Below, in pieces: positions 44,691 to 58,403 of a stretch of DNA of 64,000 bases. The position numbers were made by a program, and so were the translations under genes. Location of the stretch: the NCBI RefSeq assembly GCF_009914755.1, contig NC_060931.1; one strand, 5' to 3'. The first letter of the stretch is position 1, and each line of letters starts with the position of its first letter. Below the pieces are notes generated by a model that worked only from the letters and a program-made list of their open reading frames with translations, was not told the DNA's origin and searched no databases. This DNA is from the human T2T-CHM13v2.0 reference genome, Homo sapiens.

Positions 44691-45558
44691 AGAGCAAATG
44701 GGGAGAATACTGGCTGATTTTGGAATTCTGAGTTGTCATGTGAATTGGTTGCTTAAGTAAAATGGATTCACTCATTTGGAGACGAGAAAGTTAAAGTAGT
44801 GAGAAGGGAGAAGATTGTTTGCTGTCTTCAGACAAAATGGTAGTAAGGTTGATGTGGAATGAAAGACTGTATTGCAGATGACAGAAATTGATGAAAGATG
44901 GGGTGTGACTGACATGTCAGTTGATGACAAGAGCTAGAATAGCTTTGTTCTTTTTGTAAGGACGTGAGAGAGGTAGTTGTCTGGAAGCAGAAATGAAGAG
45001 CAGGGACTTGTACCTGCTAATCAACTTTGTAATTGGTCCAAGTTTTGAAAAAGGAATTAAAAGTGGACTGGGAGTGGTGTCACCATTTGGAAAGGTTGCA
45101 ATGGAGGTAATGGCTGTGGAAGGAATCAGGAAAGTTGGAGAAGTAAAGGAAACATCTGGAAAACATGACTCAAATTGTGGTTCCCAGATTCACAATAGCT
45201 CTGCGATACTTGCCTGTTGGTATTCATGACTTTTTATGTAGTCTTCTCCCATAATAACTAGTGCTGACTTGTGTCACTGTAAAAGAAAACTAAATTTCAG
45301 GGCCCTCTAAATGTATTTAGAGGGAAGTTAACCTTGGCGACTGAGTCAGTAGCATATCTGCAATTTTGCTTGTCAAATTACAGCTTCACTGTCCTGCTCA
45401 TTGCTCTAGTTCTGTGACTAGATGAACCAGAGACCAGACTTCCTTGCTTCCAGTCACTGATCTTTGTTACAGATTAGCTGCCTCCTTTATTGTCTTATAC
45501 CAAACTAACATCAGATGGCACAAAATACCCCATGACAGTTACAACTTCAATGTGGAAT

Positions 45559-47042
45559 TGAGACAGAGCAGGGACTCCCATTTTTAGGCACCTGGAGCAC
45601 CCAAGCATGAGAAATCCTGAGTTTCTTCGAGAGAAATTCTAGGCACCTAGCTAGTCCTGAAAAGTAACTAACCAACTTGTTAAATAAGAAATAGTAGCCT
45701 AAAACAATTGTTAAATAAGTTAGAATCCAGGAGATGTTTGCTTTCCTCTTAGAAACTAAAGATAATATCTTAATCTATGTCACTGAATTGTCTGTCAGAA
45801 GCTCCGACCACCACTGAGGACCCCCTGAATCGATCCACTGGCACACAGACCCTGGATAGGGTGGAAATTAGGACTAAATTTTAAATATTGCCCTTTGTTC
45901 TGTTTCTTCCTAAGGAGCTTGGAGAAAGCCACCCCCTAGAAGTTCACATTTTTCTACTGATCCCCACATTTTTAAATAAAGCTTCTCTTATTCAGTCAAT
46001 TGCAAATCAGAGGATTTTTAAATCTGTCTACAACCTGTAAGCTCCTGCTTCAAGGATTGAGAGGAGGGACCGGCTGGGCTTCCTGGGTCGAGTAAGGGCT
46101 CAGAAAGCTGTGAAACTCACTCATTTCCTGCATCAGGACTTACTTCGGTCCTGGATGAATAATATCGAAGATACATGCTTAAAATATTCATAACACCAGG
46201 ATTTGTGCATGTGTTTTCTTTCCCAAGGAAGCTATCAACAGAGAAAATTTTGCTGTAAGTTTTCCTGTGTTTTTGTCTCCCTCTCTCCCTTCCCCCTCCC
46301 CTGAAACTAAAGTAAAAGGAATGTTAACTGCTTGTTTTTCTGTAACCAGCGGAACTTATCTATGCTCCCAATTCCAGTTCCTTGTAAACATATTTTGTAA
46401 AGTTTTGTGAGCTCCTGTCTCCTTTGCCATGCGGCTGCAAGGTCATAAAGTAGATAAAACCTAAGTTGCAATTCCGGTTTTCCTCAGGATCTAAGACATG
46501 TCATAAATGGCTAGTTGTCTTTGTTTCTCCCTCTCGTAACATCTTCCCGCAGCACGTATTTCCCACCTTAAAAAGTTTAAAAGGCAATTGTGTAATCTAA
46601 CTCTGTCTACCCATTCGGGACCCTTTCCAAGCTGTGGAAGCTTTGTACTTTCACTCTGCTCAATAAAGCCTACAGCTTTTTCTCACCCTCGGTCCATGTC
46701 TCTATCACTCGTCGTGGTCAGCTGCCACACCAATTGTTTGGCGTGGCTAGTAAAGAACCTTAGGCGTTACAGTATCCCATTCTTTTAGGCCAAAACCAAC
46801 GTATTACTTCCATGTATCGATTTAAGATTTTACCTATAGCTTCCGCTTTCTGAAATTTACCTCACCTTTAAAAACCCTTCCTCGCAAGCCATCGGGGAGG
46901 TCAGGTTTTAGGCACAAGCTGCCCGACTCTTCTTGCTTGGCGCCCTGCAATAAATGCCTTCTTTTCTATTGTTGCAAAAACTCATTGTGGGTATCTGGTT
47001 TTACTATGCTGGGTGAGCAGACCCCAGTTCGCCTTTATAACA
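45559..47042 (+). mobile_element. ERV1 solo LTR (middle layer; tentatively LTR49-like)
   Basis: tgagacagagcaggga..gcctttataaca. TSD gaat on both sides. aataaa near the 3' end. Confidence 0.75.
46058..46771 (+). mobile_element. LTR30-like solo LTR (inner layer)
   Basis: tgagaggagggaccggctgggcttcctgggtcgagt..aagaaccttaggcgttaca, 714 bp. TSD ggat/gtat. Confidence 0.8.
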
Positions 47043-47646
47043 GAATGTTAATTACATCTTTCCTGAAAGAAAAAGACTACCTCGACTAATAAGATTTTTG
47101 TACCTATGCATGAAGTCCTGCATAGAAAAATTTTGAAATTCTGTTAAACTTCCTTAAGCTTTGTCTGGATAAGCAATCCCAAGCCTCTACACTTTGTAAT
47201 ACTGATTTCCTTTCTTTGGAATCTGTGCTTCCTGGGTGGCTTGTCCTCGAAATTTGTGCTTAAATAACTCTCTTTAAACTAGATTCTGACCTTTTTGATT
47301 ATTTTAGGTTCACAGTCACCAGTAAAGTATTAGAGAAAAAAATGTGTGACTTCTGCTAGGCCTAAAAGATTATGGCTTCTACCTCACTCTAGCTTGGGTC
47401 ACTCACGACTGAGGCAGCTAGCTGATGGGCCAAGGGCCCTGTGGAAAGGCACCGTGGAGGAGTTGCTACTCCCTTCAGCAGCCACCACCGCTTCCCAGAA
47501 TCAAAACGAGCCACTGGGAAGCGGAGTCTGCACCCGGCCCAGCCTTCAGAGAACTGTAGCCTCCTGCAACTCACCCAGGGAAGCTGCTCCCTTAGTAACT
47601 GTGATGTACTAAATGATTATTCTTTATACAAGCCACTCCATTTTCT

Positions 47647-48233
47647 GTGTAATAGATGAAGATTCGCTGAAAAATTGACTGGCAAAAGGCAGTGAATAGG
47701 AGAAAAGATATTAAAAATTTTTAACTAGCATGGTTTAGTCATAGAGTGACTACCCCATAACCCAGTGGAAGCTTATACACCCCTTTTCATAAGGAAGTGG
47801 AGAGATGAAGAGTGTAGGAAACTTTTTGGAGGGGCAGGAGATGATTGATTGTTAGGGAGAATGAACGGGCCAGGGCGACAGAAATCAGCTTGTAATGATT
47901 CTCTCTGGAATTTCAATGAGCCCAAGAGGCAGATATTGTCTTATGAACAGTCCATTCAAGCTGGTTGTATTCTGGGGATAAACAAAAGGATTTCAGAGAG
48001 GAGATGAATGATGACTGGTGTTTTGGGGAAGAAGATTTCTTGATCACCTCAGGAAATTCCAGAGAGAGTCCCTCCTGCTGGTGCCTTGAGAAAGAGGATC
48101 CGAGAGATAGGGAGGTGGGGAAACTTCAGAGACAGACCTTGGTTCCGAGGCTTATTTCTGAGACCTTCCCATTTTCAAAGCACTCAGCGTGCTAAAGCCC
48201 GTAATTTGGGGCATTGTTTTCTGCACCCTAATA
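47647..48233 (-). mobile_element. MER34-family ERV1 solo LTR
   Basis: Minus strand starts ..gggtgcagaaaacaatgccccaaattacgggctttagcacgctgag. Confidence 0.7.
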
Positions 48234-49075
48234 GTGCTACGTAGGCATAGAGAGCTCATGGCCAGTGTAAGGAATGCGTTCATTGGACTCATGGCACAGT
48301 TGGAAGATTCCAGAGTTGGGGAGAGTTTGGAAATGGAGTTTCTTGAACTACAAAGTAAGGTGATTGTTTCAGTAACTTGAAATATTGCTTTCCACTCTAA
48401 CACTTTGTGATCCAATTTGCTTTTATTCGTGGGAAATGCACTCCCTCTGGGGTTTACTGTACAGAGAGTTGGCCTTTGATGCCGCAGGTTGGTGCGATAA
48501 TTGATGATAAAATAATCTTTGACTTAAGCTTTTGTTGTCAACAAACCTCATGGAATGTTTTTGTTTTTTTCCTTTTATTTAGGCCTCATTGTAATTTAAA
48601 TCAGCTACTCATTCTGCGCTGCAGAAACATTGTTATATTGTATTTTTTTGTGTGAGAACTAAACTTTGGTTTCATTGTACTGATAAGACCTACAAGTGTT
48701 ATGAATATGTAACTCCCAGGCAGAATCTGGATGAGGTTCAGTGAGGGCAGAAAGATTAGGCCAGAAAGGCTTTTACAACTATGTGGTTAGAAAAACTATA
48801 AAATCAATAGTTTACTTTCTGACTTATTTTAATGCTAATAGCAAATAGAATCACAAGATTTTTAGGAGGTTGAGAAATCCTTTGTTCCATTTAGTTTTCC
48901 TTCTTCCAGCAAATTGGTGAGAATCTGACCTGTTTAAAAGCACCTTAAGTGGAAACTCTATTCAAGTTTAAGAACTGAAAAGTATTACTGGACTGGCCAA
49001 GCTCGGGTCAGGCTCCTGAACCTTCTCCTAGCCTATCTGTGGACTTCCTTAAGAATTAGTTTCAGCAAAGAACTT

Positions 49076-49766
49076 TGTGAGCCGATTCCTCCAGACAGAG
49101 GAATTGCAATAGAGAAAGTTTAATACACATACAGCCAGCTAAATGGGAGACTGGAGTTTTATTACTCAAACCAGCCTCCCAAAAAGTATGAGAGCAGGGT
49201 TTTTTAAAGACAGTTAAGTGGGTACAGCCTAGGAAATGGGAATGCTGATTGGTTGGAGATAAAAATCATAGGGAGTTGAAGCTGTCCTCTTGCATTGAGT
49301 CATTTCCTGCGTAGGGGCCACAGGACCAGATGAGCCAGTTTACTAGTCTGGATGGTGACAGCTGATCCATTAGAAAGCAGGGTCTGAAAAATAGCTAAAA
49401 CACCAGTCTTAGGTTGTATAACAGTGATGTTATCCATAGGAGCAATTGGTGGGATTTGAGATCTTGTGGCCTGTGGCTGCATGATTCCTAAACCATACTT
49501 TCTAATCTTGTGACTAACTCGTTAGTTTTACAAGGGATGTCTGCTCCCCTCTTTGGGGCAAGGAGGGTGTTTGTTTCAGGAAAGGCTGTTATAATTTTTG
49601 TTTCAAAATTAAACTATAACTAAATTCCTCCTATAATCAGCTCAGCCTATGCCCAGGAATGAATGAGGGCAATTAGGAGGTTAAAGGCAAGATGGAGTGG
49701 ATTAGGTCAAATCTCTTTCACTGTCATAATTTTCTCACTGTTATAACTTTTGCAAAGGCAGTTTCA
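49076..49766 (-). mobile_element. LTR8-family solo LTR
   Basis: Minus strand starts tgaaactgcctttgcaaaagttataacagtgagaaaattatgacagtgaaagag. Confidence 0.85.
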
Positions 49767-50334
49767 ACACTGCTAAGTCAATTTGGCAAGAAGCCCTCAC
49801 CCTCAATATCTGATTACTCCCTCGGATATTTGATGGGTTTCCTCATCCTCCCCAAGTGATATCTGATCACCCTGGACTACCTTCAGCAGGAGTCCTGTTA
49901 GGTCAGATAAGTAGAATCCTCCTTATCCCTTGTTCTGTATGGTGAAAACAAGGAGATGGGGAAAGTATGATTTCAAGAGTCACACAGTTTCTTTTCATCC
50001 AAAGAGAATTTTTCTTAGGTTTGCAATGATTAAAGAGGGGGAGTACAGCATGAACAAACTTCACAGGGAATACCTTTAGAGATGAGGTGCATTAACCACA
50101 TAGGGAGTGAACTTCAAAGTCATTAAAATACTGTTGCTCAGTGACGACACAAGCAGGTCTTTGTGCAAAGATTCCTGATGATGCAGAAGGCCCCTCATGT
50201 AAGACAGAGGTGCTGGTGCTGGCAGGCAGGCTCCCAGGCCTGCAGCTGTCTAAAGTCTGGGCATTCTGGAGGCAGCCGACAAAGGACAGCCTGCCTTACC
50301 TAAGCTCTCAGAGTGGCTGTCACTCTCTTAAGTT

Positions 50335-50707
50335 TATATATATTTTTAAAATTTTGGATTGTATAAATTTATGGGGCACAAACGTAATTTTGCTGCATGA
50401 ATATATTGCATAGTGGTGAAGTTGGGGCTGTTAGTGTATTCATCACTAGAATAATGTGCATGGTACCCAGTAATTAACTTATCATCCCTCACTCCCATCC
50501 CCACCCCTCTGAGTCTCCAGCATCTGTAATCCCACACTATATATACGGGTACACATTATTTAGCTCCCACTTATGAGTTAGAACATGCAGCATTTGTCTT
50601 TCTGTGTCTGACTTGTTTTATTTAAGATAATGGTCTCCAGTTCCATCCGTGTCGCTGCAACAAAAACCCATAATTTTATTCTTTTTTATAGTTGAATAGC
50701 ATTCCAT

Positions 50708-50782
<75 letters not shown>

Positions 50783-50952
50783 TGCATTTTCTTTATCCGA
50801 TCATCTGTTTATGAACACGTAGGTGCAGCTAAGTATATTTATAGTGCTGCTATAAATATACGAGTGCATATATCTTTTTGATGCAATGATTTCTTTTCCT
50901 TTGAGTAGGTACTCAGTAGTGGAATGCTGAATCAATTGGTAGTTCTATTTTG
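50335..50952 (-). mobile_element. L1MA-type 3' end
   Basis: atttagctcccacttatgag; tctccagttccatcc; tgatttcttttcctttgagtag. Confidence 0.85.
50709..50782. repeat. (GT)n(AT)n(AC)n compound microsatellite
   Basis: Read directly from the sequence. Confidence 0.95.
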
Positions 50953-52495
50953 GAGTCCAGTAGTTGAGGTCAGTATTTCACATATAGAGTCTGATAAGGT
51001 GTGACATAACATTCCTGAGGGGAGGGAGGCTTTGCTCAAAGTTCTTGCATACAGAATCTGATAAGACATCACATTCTCCAAGGGAAAGGGAATAAGTTCC
51101 AAGTACTTACTATAATAAGACATGTCATTCATGTAGCAAACTATGTGTCTGGAATTATTTCAGAGCTACGTAACACCCTGGCTGTTTCCTCTTAGTATTT
51201 TTCTGTCTATTGAGCCCACATCATGATCCTTGGCTATGAATTTACACTTGCCCTTGCTGCATTGTGAGTTGAACCCAATCCATCTCCCCTACTGCAAAAC
51301 TCCACTGTGCTATCACTGTACCTATTGCAATAGTCCTGAATAAAGCCTCCTCTATTGTACATAACCAGTATCACTGAATAATATTTTTCTTTAACAGAAC
51401 CAACCCTGTCATGACCTGATAGCATAGGTTAAAGTGTAACTGTAAAATTGATTTTATTAACAATGTGCAACTAAGAGAGATAAAAATAGTTGTATATTAT
51501 TTTTAGTAGGAGCCTTTACAAATGTATAGTTTATGTAACACTTTTGTTAGTATTATTATTGGCACCATTACACCTCAACAGTCCTAGAGATAAATTTGAT
51601 ATTTTCAGTACCAGTTTATGAAGGAGGGACCAGAGGTATGCAGAATTGAAGTAGAGATTATTTAAATAAGAAGAAATGAAAAATTCTCCCTTCAAATGCA
51701 GCACTTGCCTGTGTCAATCTGTAGGTATTTCTGTGTCCACAAAGTGACAACAACTGTGCATTCCACTGGCAATGTAAAGACGTAGAAGGCACGTCCTCTG
51801 CCCTCTTAAGAATGTTAGGGAGATCCACCAGCAATAAAAGCATAGAATTCTGAGTGAGAGGCACTTGCAAAGGGAGCACGTGAAAGCACTTAAGGAGTCT
51901 CTCAATCAAAAATCTCCAATAAGAGGTAGTATTGGAGCTGAAGTTTGAAGGCTGTGTGTTAGTTACATAAATATAAAAGCAAGTTCATTTGGGGCAAGAG
52001 TATGCACATAGTCACCCTGGTTTAGGCTCATGTGCAGAGGCACAGATGTCTACATAGCATAGCATGCTCACAATTTACAAAGAAGAAAGTAAAGTGGCAG
52101 TTATAGAGTGGGGCTCAAGCCATCCAAGAGGGCAAATGCCAATTCATGAAAAGCTTTATGAGCCAAAACATGGACTTGGAATTTTACCCTAGAAGCTCTG
52201 AGAACCCAGTGAAGCATTTAAAAGTGGAGAATAAACCGTCATGCAATGCCTCCTTGGAAGCAGTACAGAGGATAGATTTCCTGAGAATCATACTAGAGGT
52301 TTTGGAAAATAATTCCAGTGTAGGGATAAGAATTCAGGCCAGAGGAGACTGTGGGACTGAAAGGTCACGAACACTGAGTGCCAGTAGGTGTGTTCTGAAG
52401 TCATCAGTTTCCTGTGGGCAGTCCTTCTCCCCCTGCGTTCCTTGCAGACTCCACCTACGTCCAACTTGAGCTGGGTACACTGGAGGACTTAGACT

Positions 52496-53430
52496 TGCCA
52501 AGTGAAAAATCCCACAATTTATAAATTTGCAAAGGAGATTTTTATTTCCTAGAAAAGTGTACAGCCTGCAGGGAGGACATCCTGACAGGCTGGGAGGCTT
52601 AGCCTGTGGCATGGTGTGTTAGCAGGTGCTTCAAGGGAGGGGAGGGCAGAACAGGAATTTATGCTGAACTGGTTGCGAAACGTACATATTCAACAGATGA
52701 CAGGAGGAGCCATGAATACTCATGGAGGTGGCCCTGATACATGCATATTGAACAAGCATGCATGCAATATATGATCCGTGTTCAGCTGGCTGTGCAGACT
52801 TACTGTTTAAATGTATTGCAGTCAGGCCCACACATCAAAAGGGAAAGTGGGGACATGAAGGCACCCAGTGTGCAGCCTCTGTAAACCATCCAGAACCAGT
52901 CCATGGTCAGTGGTCTCTTACCAGGAGAAAGCTACTGAAATCAGTTCCTTATCCAATCAAAGCTGTGGTAAGCCTGTGGAACAAGGGCTGGAAGTCAGTC
53001 AGTCAGTCAGCAGCTGGCAGTGGATGAACTGCAATTGTTTAAATAGCACTTATTTCAAGGCCACTGCTTGTTGTTTGGTTCCACAAGAAGAACAAAAACC
53101 TCATGGCAGTTAGAACAGGGTTTATTCTTTTAAGTGTAGAGGTGAGCGACTTAACCCTTGCCTGGCATGGTCTTAGATTCTGTTTATAATTTGGTATCTT
53201 ATTGCCACAAAGAGTCTATCCTGTCAGCCTTATGACCTCTATTTTAACACTAATGCTGGTCAGTTGTTGTGTCTGAACAGCAAAAGGGAAGCGGGTAGAA
53301 TGAGACGCGTTCAACCTCCTGTCCCGTCATGGCTGGGAACTCAGTCTGTAATGTTTTTCTGGGGTCCCCTGTGCCAAGTTAGGGTCCATTCGGTTGGTTG
53401 AGGGGCTTAGGATTTTACTTTTCCTTCTCA
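52496..53430 (-). mobile_element. MER4D/E-like ERV1 solo LTR
   Basis: Minus strand starts tgagaaggaaaagtaaaatcctaagcccctcaaccaaccgaatggaccc. TSD gact. Confidence 0.82.
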
Positions 53431-53989
53431 GACTCTTACTCTAAATCTATGACAGGTCTTCCTTGACTGGGCAGTTGAGTGTTTCAAGAGATGCTCATGA
53501 ATGGGGCTGTGTACTTCAATTCAGCAAGAGGTGTTTTCACAAGGGCTTGCACCAGCTCTTCCCGCAGGCCTGGGACCCACTGCCCTATTCTTGAGAGCTG
53601 TTGTTTGGCTCCCCTCGCTTGGTCCTTGTGAATGGGGAATTGCCTGGGATGCCCTCAGGATCAATTTGCACTCATTAAACTCAAACTTTCCCACATGATC
53701 TAATTTGCATGTAATTAGAGAAATTCAATTTAAGCTTTCTCTTTCCTCTTCTCTTCCTTATAGAGTTATCTGAATTCATTAATGATACTGTGGTGAACAC
53801 CAGTGTCCTGTGAAATGTGTTCTCCTGTCTCCCACCTCAGAATCCCTGGCTGTGTCTACTTTCAAAACATGGTTCATTTATAAGGGGAAAATGTGGGATA
53901 ACCTGCCAAGTTCAGGTGTCAGTCCTCTGAGATCCACCAGTTGAGTTAGAAAATAATGAGTGGATATATACTAAAAAACAGTGACAACA

Positions 53990-54370
<381 letters not shown>

Positions 54371-54384
54371 TCAGTGAAGTCCAC

Positions 54385-54826
54385 TGTTGTAGATAGAATA
54401 ATGTCCCCCAGTGATGTCCATGTCGTACTTCTCAGAGCCTACGAATGTATTATGTGGCAAGTGGGAATTAATGTTGTGACTTACCTAATCAGCCAACCTT
54501 AAGATAAGGCGAGGCCGTTGGACTTTCTCAGTAGGCCCAGTAAAATCACCAGCATCCTTAAATGAGGAAGGAGGTCCGAATCAGAGAAGGCCTCCTCTGG
54601 CCACTGCTGGCCTCCAAGATGGAAGAAGGCCACAAGCCAAGGAATGCAGACAGCCTCTCGGGGCTGGAAAAGGCAAGGCAAGGATCCTCCCAAGGCTCCA
54701 CGAGGAGGGCAGCTCTGGCCAGTGGGGCCCGTGTCACACTTCTCACTTCCAGGATTGTAGGAAAAGAAATTGGTGTTGTCTTAAGCTAAGTTTGTGGTAA
54801 TTTGGTACAATAGCCATAGGAAACAT
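54385..54826 (+). mobile_element. MLT1D-like MaLR solo LTR
   Basis: tgttgtagatagaataatgtcccc..gccaaggaatgcag..tttgtggtaatttggtacaatagccataggaaac. Confidence 0.82.
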
Positions 54827-54998
54827 GTTGGATTCTCTACTGATGTATTTGCTCATGTTCATTTATTTATTCATGTTGGGCATGAGAGGTTACACATTTA
54901 CTTGAGATTCAGAAATCACAGGATACAAATAATTTATTCCCTGATAGTTATAAGGTTCAACAAATCCAAAAGCACAATATATTTTAGGTGATAGGATC

Positions 54999-55491
54999 TG
55001 TTGGGATTTAGGACGTGCTACCCCAAAATATGGCACCCTGGCATTTGAGAAAACAGTAGAAGCAGAAGGCGACTTTCTTCTTTCCCTTGTCCTTCTCCCA
55101 TGAAGTAGACCATACGACCATCATTTGAGAGGTGCCCCCATTCCCGAAAGAAAGGGACATCTTTATCTCTGAAGACACAGGGACACAGAGAAGAATCTGA
55201 ACATAGAAGCCTTGCTGTCCCCTCCATATATCACCATTAGATCAGACCCTTTGTCCTTAATTATATATCTCCAGGACTGTTCACTCTTCATCAAACCTGA
55301 GAATAATAATGTAAAAGTTTGCTGGTTTCTTTGGGTCTTCTTCACTCCTGAAGGCTCCTGTTTAACATAAAACTTTTAACTTATATTAAATAAATGTGTA
55401 TGCTTTTCTCTTGTCAGTTTGTCTTTTGTTTTAGAGGCTTCAGCTCTGAACTTGGTGATGGGTGAGGAGAGAAGATTTCTCCTTCCCTACG
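54999..55491 (+). mobile_element. MER39/MER34-family ERV1 solo LTR
   Basis: tgttgggatttaggacgtgctaccccaaaatatggcacc..ctccttccctac. Confidence 0.8.
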
Positions 55492-55656
55492 CTCTTCAAT
55501 CCCTAAACTTTCCTTCCCTATATTCCTATAATCCCATTCTTCTGGATTCTCTCATTCCTTTCTTGAGTGTCTCTTCACCTCACCTCCTCCCACAACAAAA
55601 ACCTCCTACAAATACTAGCACACCCAGCATCTACTGAGGATAGTCAGATCTTTTAG

Positions 55657-56249
<593 letters not shown>

Positions 56250-56786
56250 TATCTGAAAGACTTAATGATATTTCATCATTGCAATAATTCCATCTTATAG
56301 TAGAATCTCGTAGAAAAAAACAGAGGTAATTTTAATGCAGGTGTTACATTTTAGTATTATTTTTAAAATATTGTTTGTTTTCTCTTAGTGAGTTATAAAT
56401 TCTTCCTTTGAAACTGTTAGCTGCTCAGAAGAAATGAGCTAGAAATTGCTTGTCAATTGTCAATAGTTACTAATAGTTACTTTAATATTTGCATAATAAA
56501 TGAGTCAACAGTAATTGGTCCTGCAAATTCATTTTTGTCAGACCCTGTAAATGTTTACAAATACCCACACATACATTGTAAATTCTGTTATTGAACAATA
56601 ATACTCGGCTGCTCATTATTCACTTTACTGATACAATAAAGGCAACTGGATGTGAGACCTGAATGGAAACACATATAAAGAGAAAATAAGCAAGGTTGTT
56701 TAATGCCTGATTGTCTAGGGCAAGGAGATTCAGCAGAGACAGCAGAGAATAAGGAGAGAACAAGGACTCAAAAATGGCTCCTCAGG

Positions 56787-57081
56787 GACCGGGTGTGGCA
56801 GCTGATGCCTGTAATCCCAGCACTTTGGGAGGCCAAGGGTGGCGGATCAGTTGAGGTCAGGAGTTCGAGACCAGCCTGGCCAACATGGAGAAACCCTGCT
56901 TCTACTAAAACTACAAAAATTAGCTGGGTGTGGTGGTGGGCAGCTGTAGTACCAGCTACTTGGGAGGCTGAGGCAGGAGAATAGTGTGAACTGGGAGGCA
57001 GAGGCTGCAGTGAGCTGAGATCACCGCACTGCACTCCAGCCTGGGCGATGACACTTCGTCTCAAAAAAATAAAAAAAAAAA
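56787..57081 (+). mobile_element. AluS element
   Basis: Full dimer with poly-A. Confidence 0.94.
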
Positions 57082-57482
57082 GTGCTGCCACAAATGTGTC
57101 CTGCTCTACTTTATGGTGGCAGAGTTTAAGGGGGGAGAAAAAAAGGTTTGTTAAGAGTATAAACTAATAGTTTTAGATAAAGTGTGTTTGAGTTTAAGTG
57201 ATGTAACTTGCTATGAATGCTAGAAATATTGTTGTAAATGTGGAGCTAGAATACAGAAGGTAGGGGCTGGATATATTTCAGAATTAAGAAAGGTCAACAT
57301 CATTTCCTACAAAGAAAACAACAGGAAAGCGGGAAGACAGAGTGTAAAAAGAAGCAACAAATGAAGAAATGGCAACATCTTCTAGAAAAAAAAATCTTTA
57401 CCTTCCTCTTATAAAATTTATCTATGACCTTCTATCAAACACCCTCCCCCGCCACACACACATGCATCTGTATGTATGTATG

Positions 57483-57700
57483 TGTGAGTCAGCTAGGGTG
57501 GCCATCACAAAATAACAGACTGGGGAGCTTAAACGACAGAGATTTATTTTTATCTCAGATCTGGAGGCGGGAAGTCTAAGTCCAAGATGTCAGCAGGCTG
57601 AGTTCTCCTGTGCCTCTCTCCTTGGCTTGCCAACGCCCCCCTTCCCTGTATCCCCACATGGCCTTTCCTCCTTGCACGGGTCACCCCAGCTTCTGGCTGG
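57483..57700 (-). mobile_element. MLT1-type LTR fragment
   Basis: ctagggtggccatcacaaa..cttaaacgacagagattt..ctggaggcgggaagtctaag..gtcagcagg. Confidence 0.7.
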
Positions 57701-58054
57701 ATAAGGATGACTAGTTCAGAATCAAATATTTGACTTGTGAAGAGTCCATTGATTTTTTAGCCTAATTTTTCTGTCTACATTTTCAATTGAGACATAGAAG
57801 GTAGGTACTTAGAGAAGATACTTGCTATGTCTATTTGACTTTGCCAGCTGAGGCTCCTATGATTTGAAGGGTGTTTGGGGCTGTGTGTGTTGATGAGCAT
57901 GTTTGTGCAGACATGCAGGGGAATGACACAGAGAAACAGTGAAAACCGGCAGAATGAGCAGCTGTGTTAATTCTCAATTGCTCTTCAGGTCCTAGAAGAC
58001 AAAGCCTTTACCAGGGAACTTCAGGTGTAGCAAATGCTTTAAAATATTTTCTTA

Positions 58055-58403
<349 letters not shown>

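Larger units (their letters stand above)
45278..47314 (+). mobile_element. MER4-group ERV1 solo LTR (outer layer)
   Basis: TG..CA ends (tgtaaaagaaaac..ttttaggttcaca). TSD gtcac on both sides. Confidence 0.8.
45174..47645 (+). mobile_element. MLT1-type MaLR LTR split by a nested ERV1 LTR stack
   Basis: gtgctgacttgtgtcac|cagtaaagtattag..gtgtgacttctgctaggcc rejoins across the insertion. Confidence 0.6.
49931..51175. mobile_element. Unassigned LTR-like insertion interrupted by L1
   Basis: TGTT..AACA ends with a perfect 4-bp TSD ccct. Family not recognised. Confidence 0.65.
48985..51396 (+). mobile_element. MER31-family LTR split into three pieces (48985-49075, 49767-49930, 51176-51396)
   Basis: gtcaggctcctga..; gatatctgatcaccctgg; gctgtttcctcttagta..aatagtcctgaataaag..tttctttaaca. 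Confidence 0.8.

Noticed and set aside
48189-48380. ORF with a donor-like aaa|gtaagg next to an LTR
   Set aside because: It starts within an antisense LTR, the donor is weak and there is no supporting acceptor or homology.
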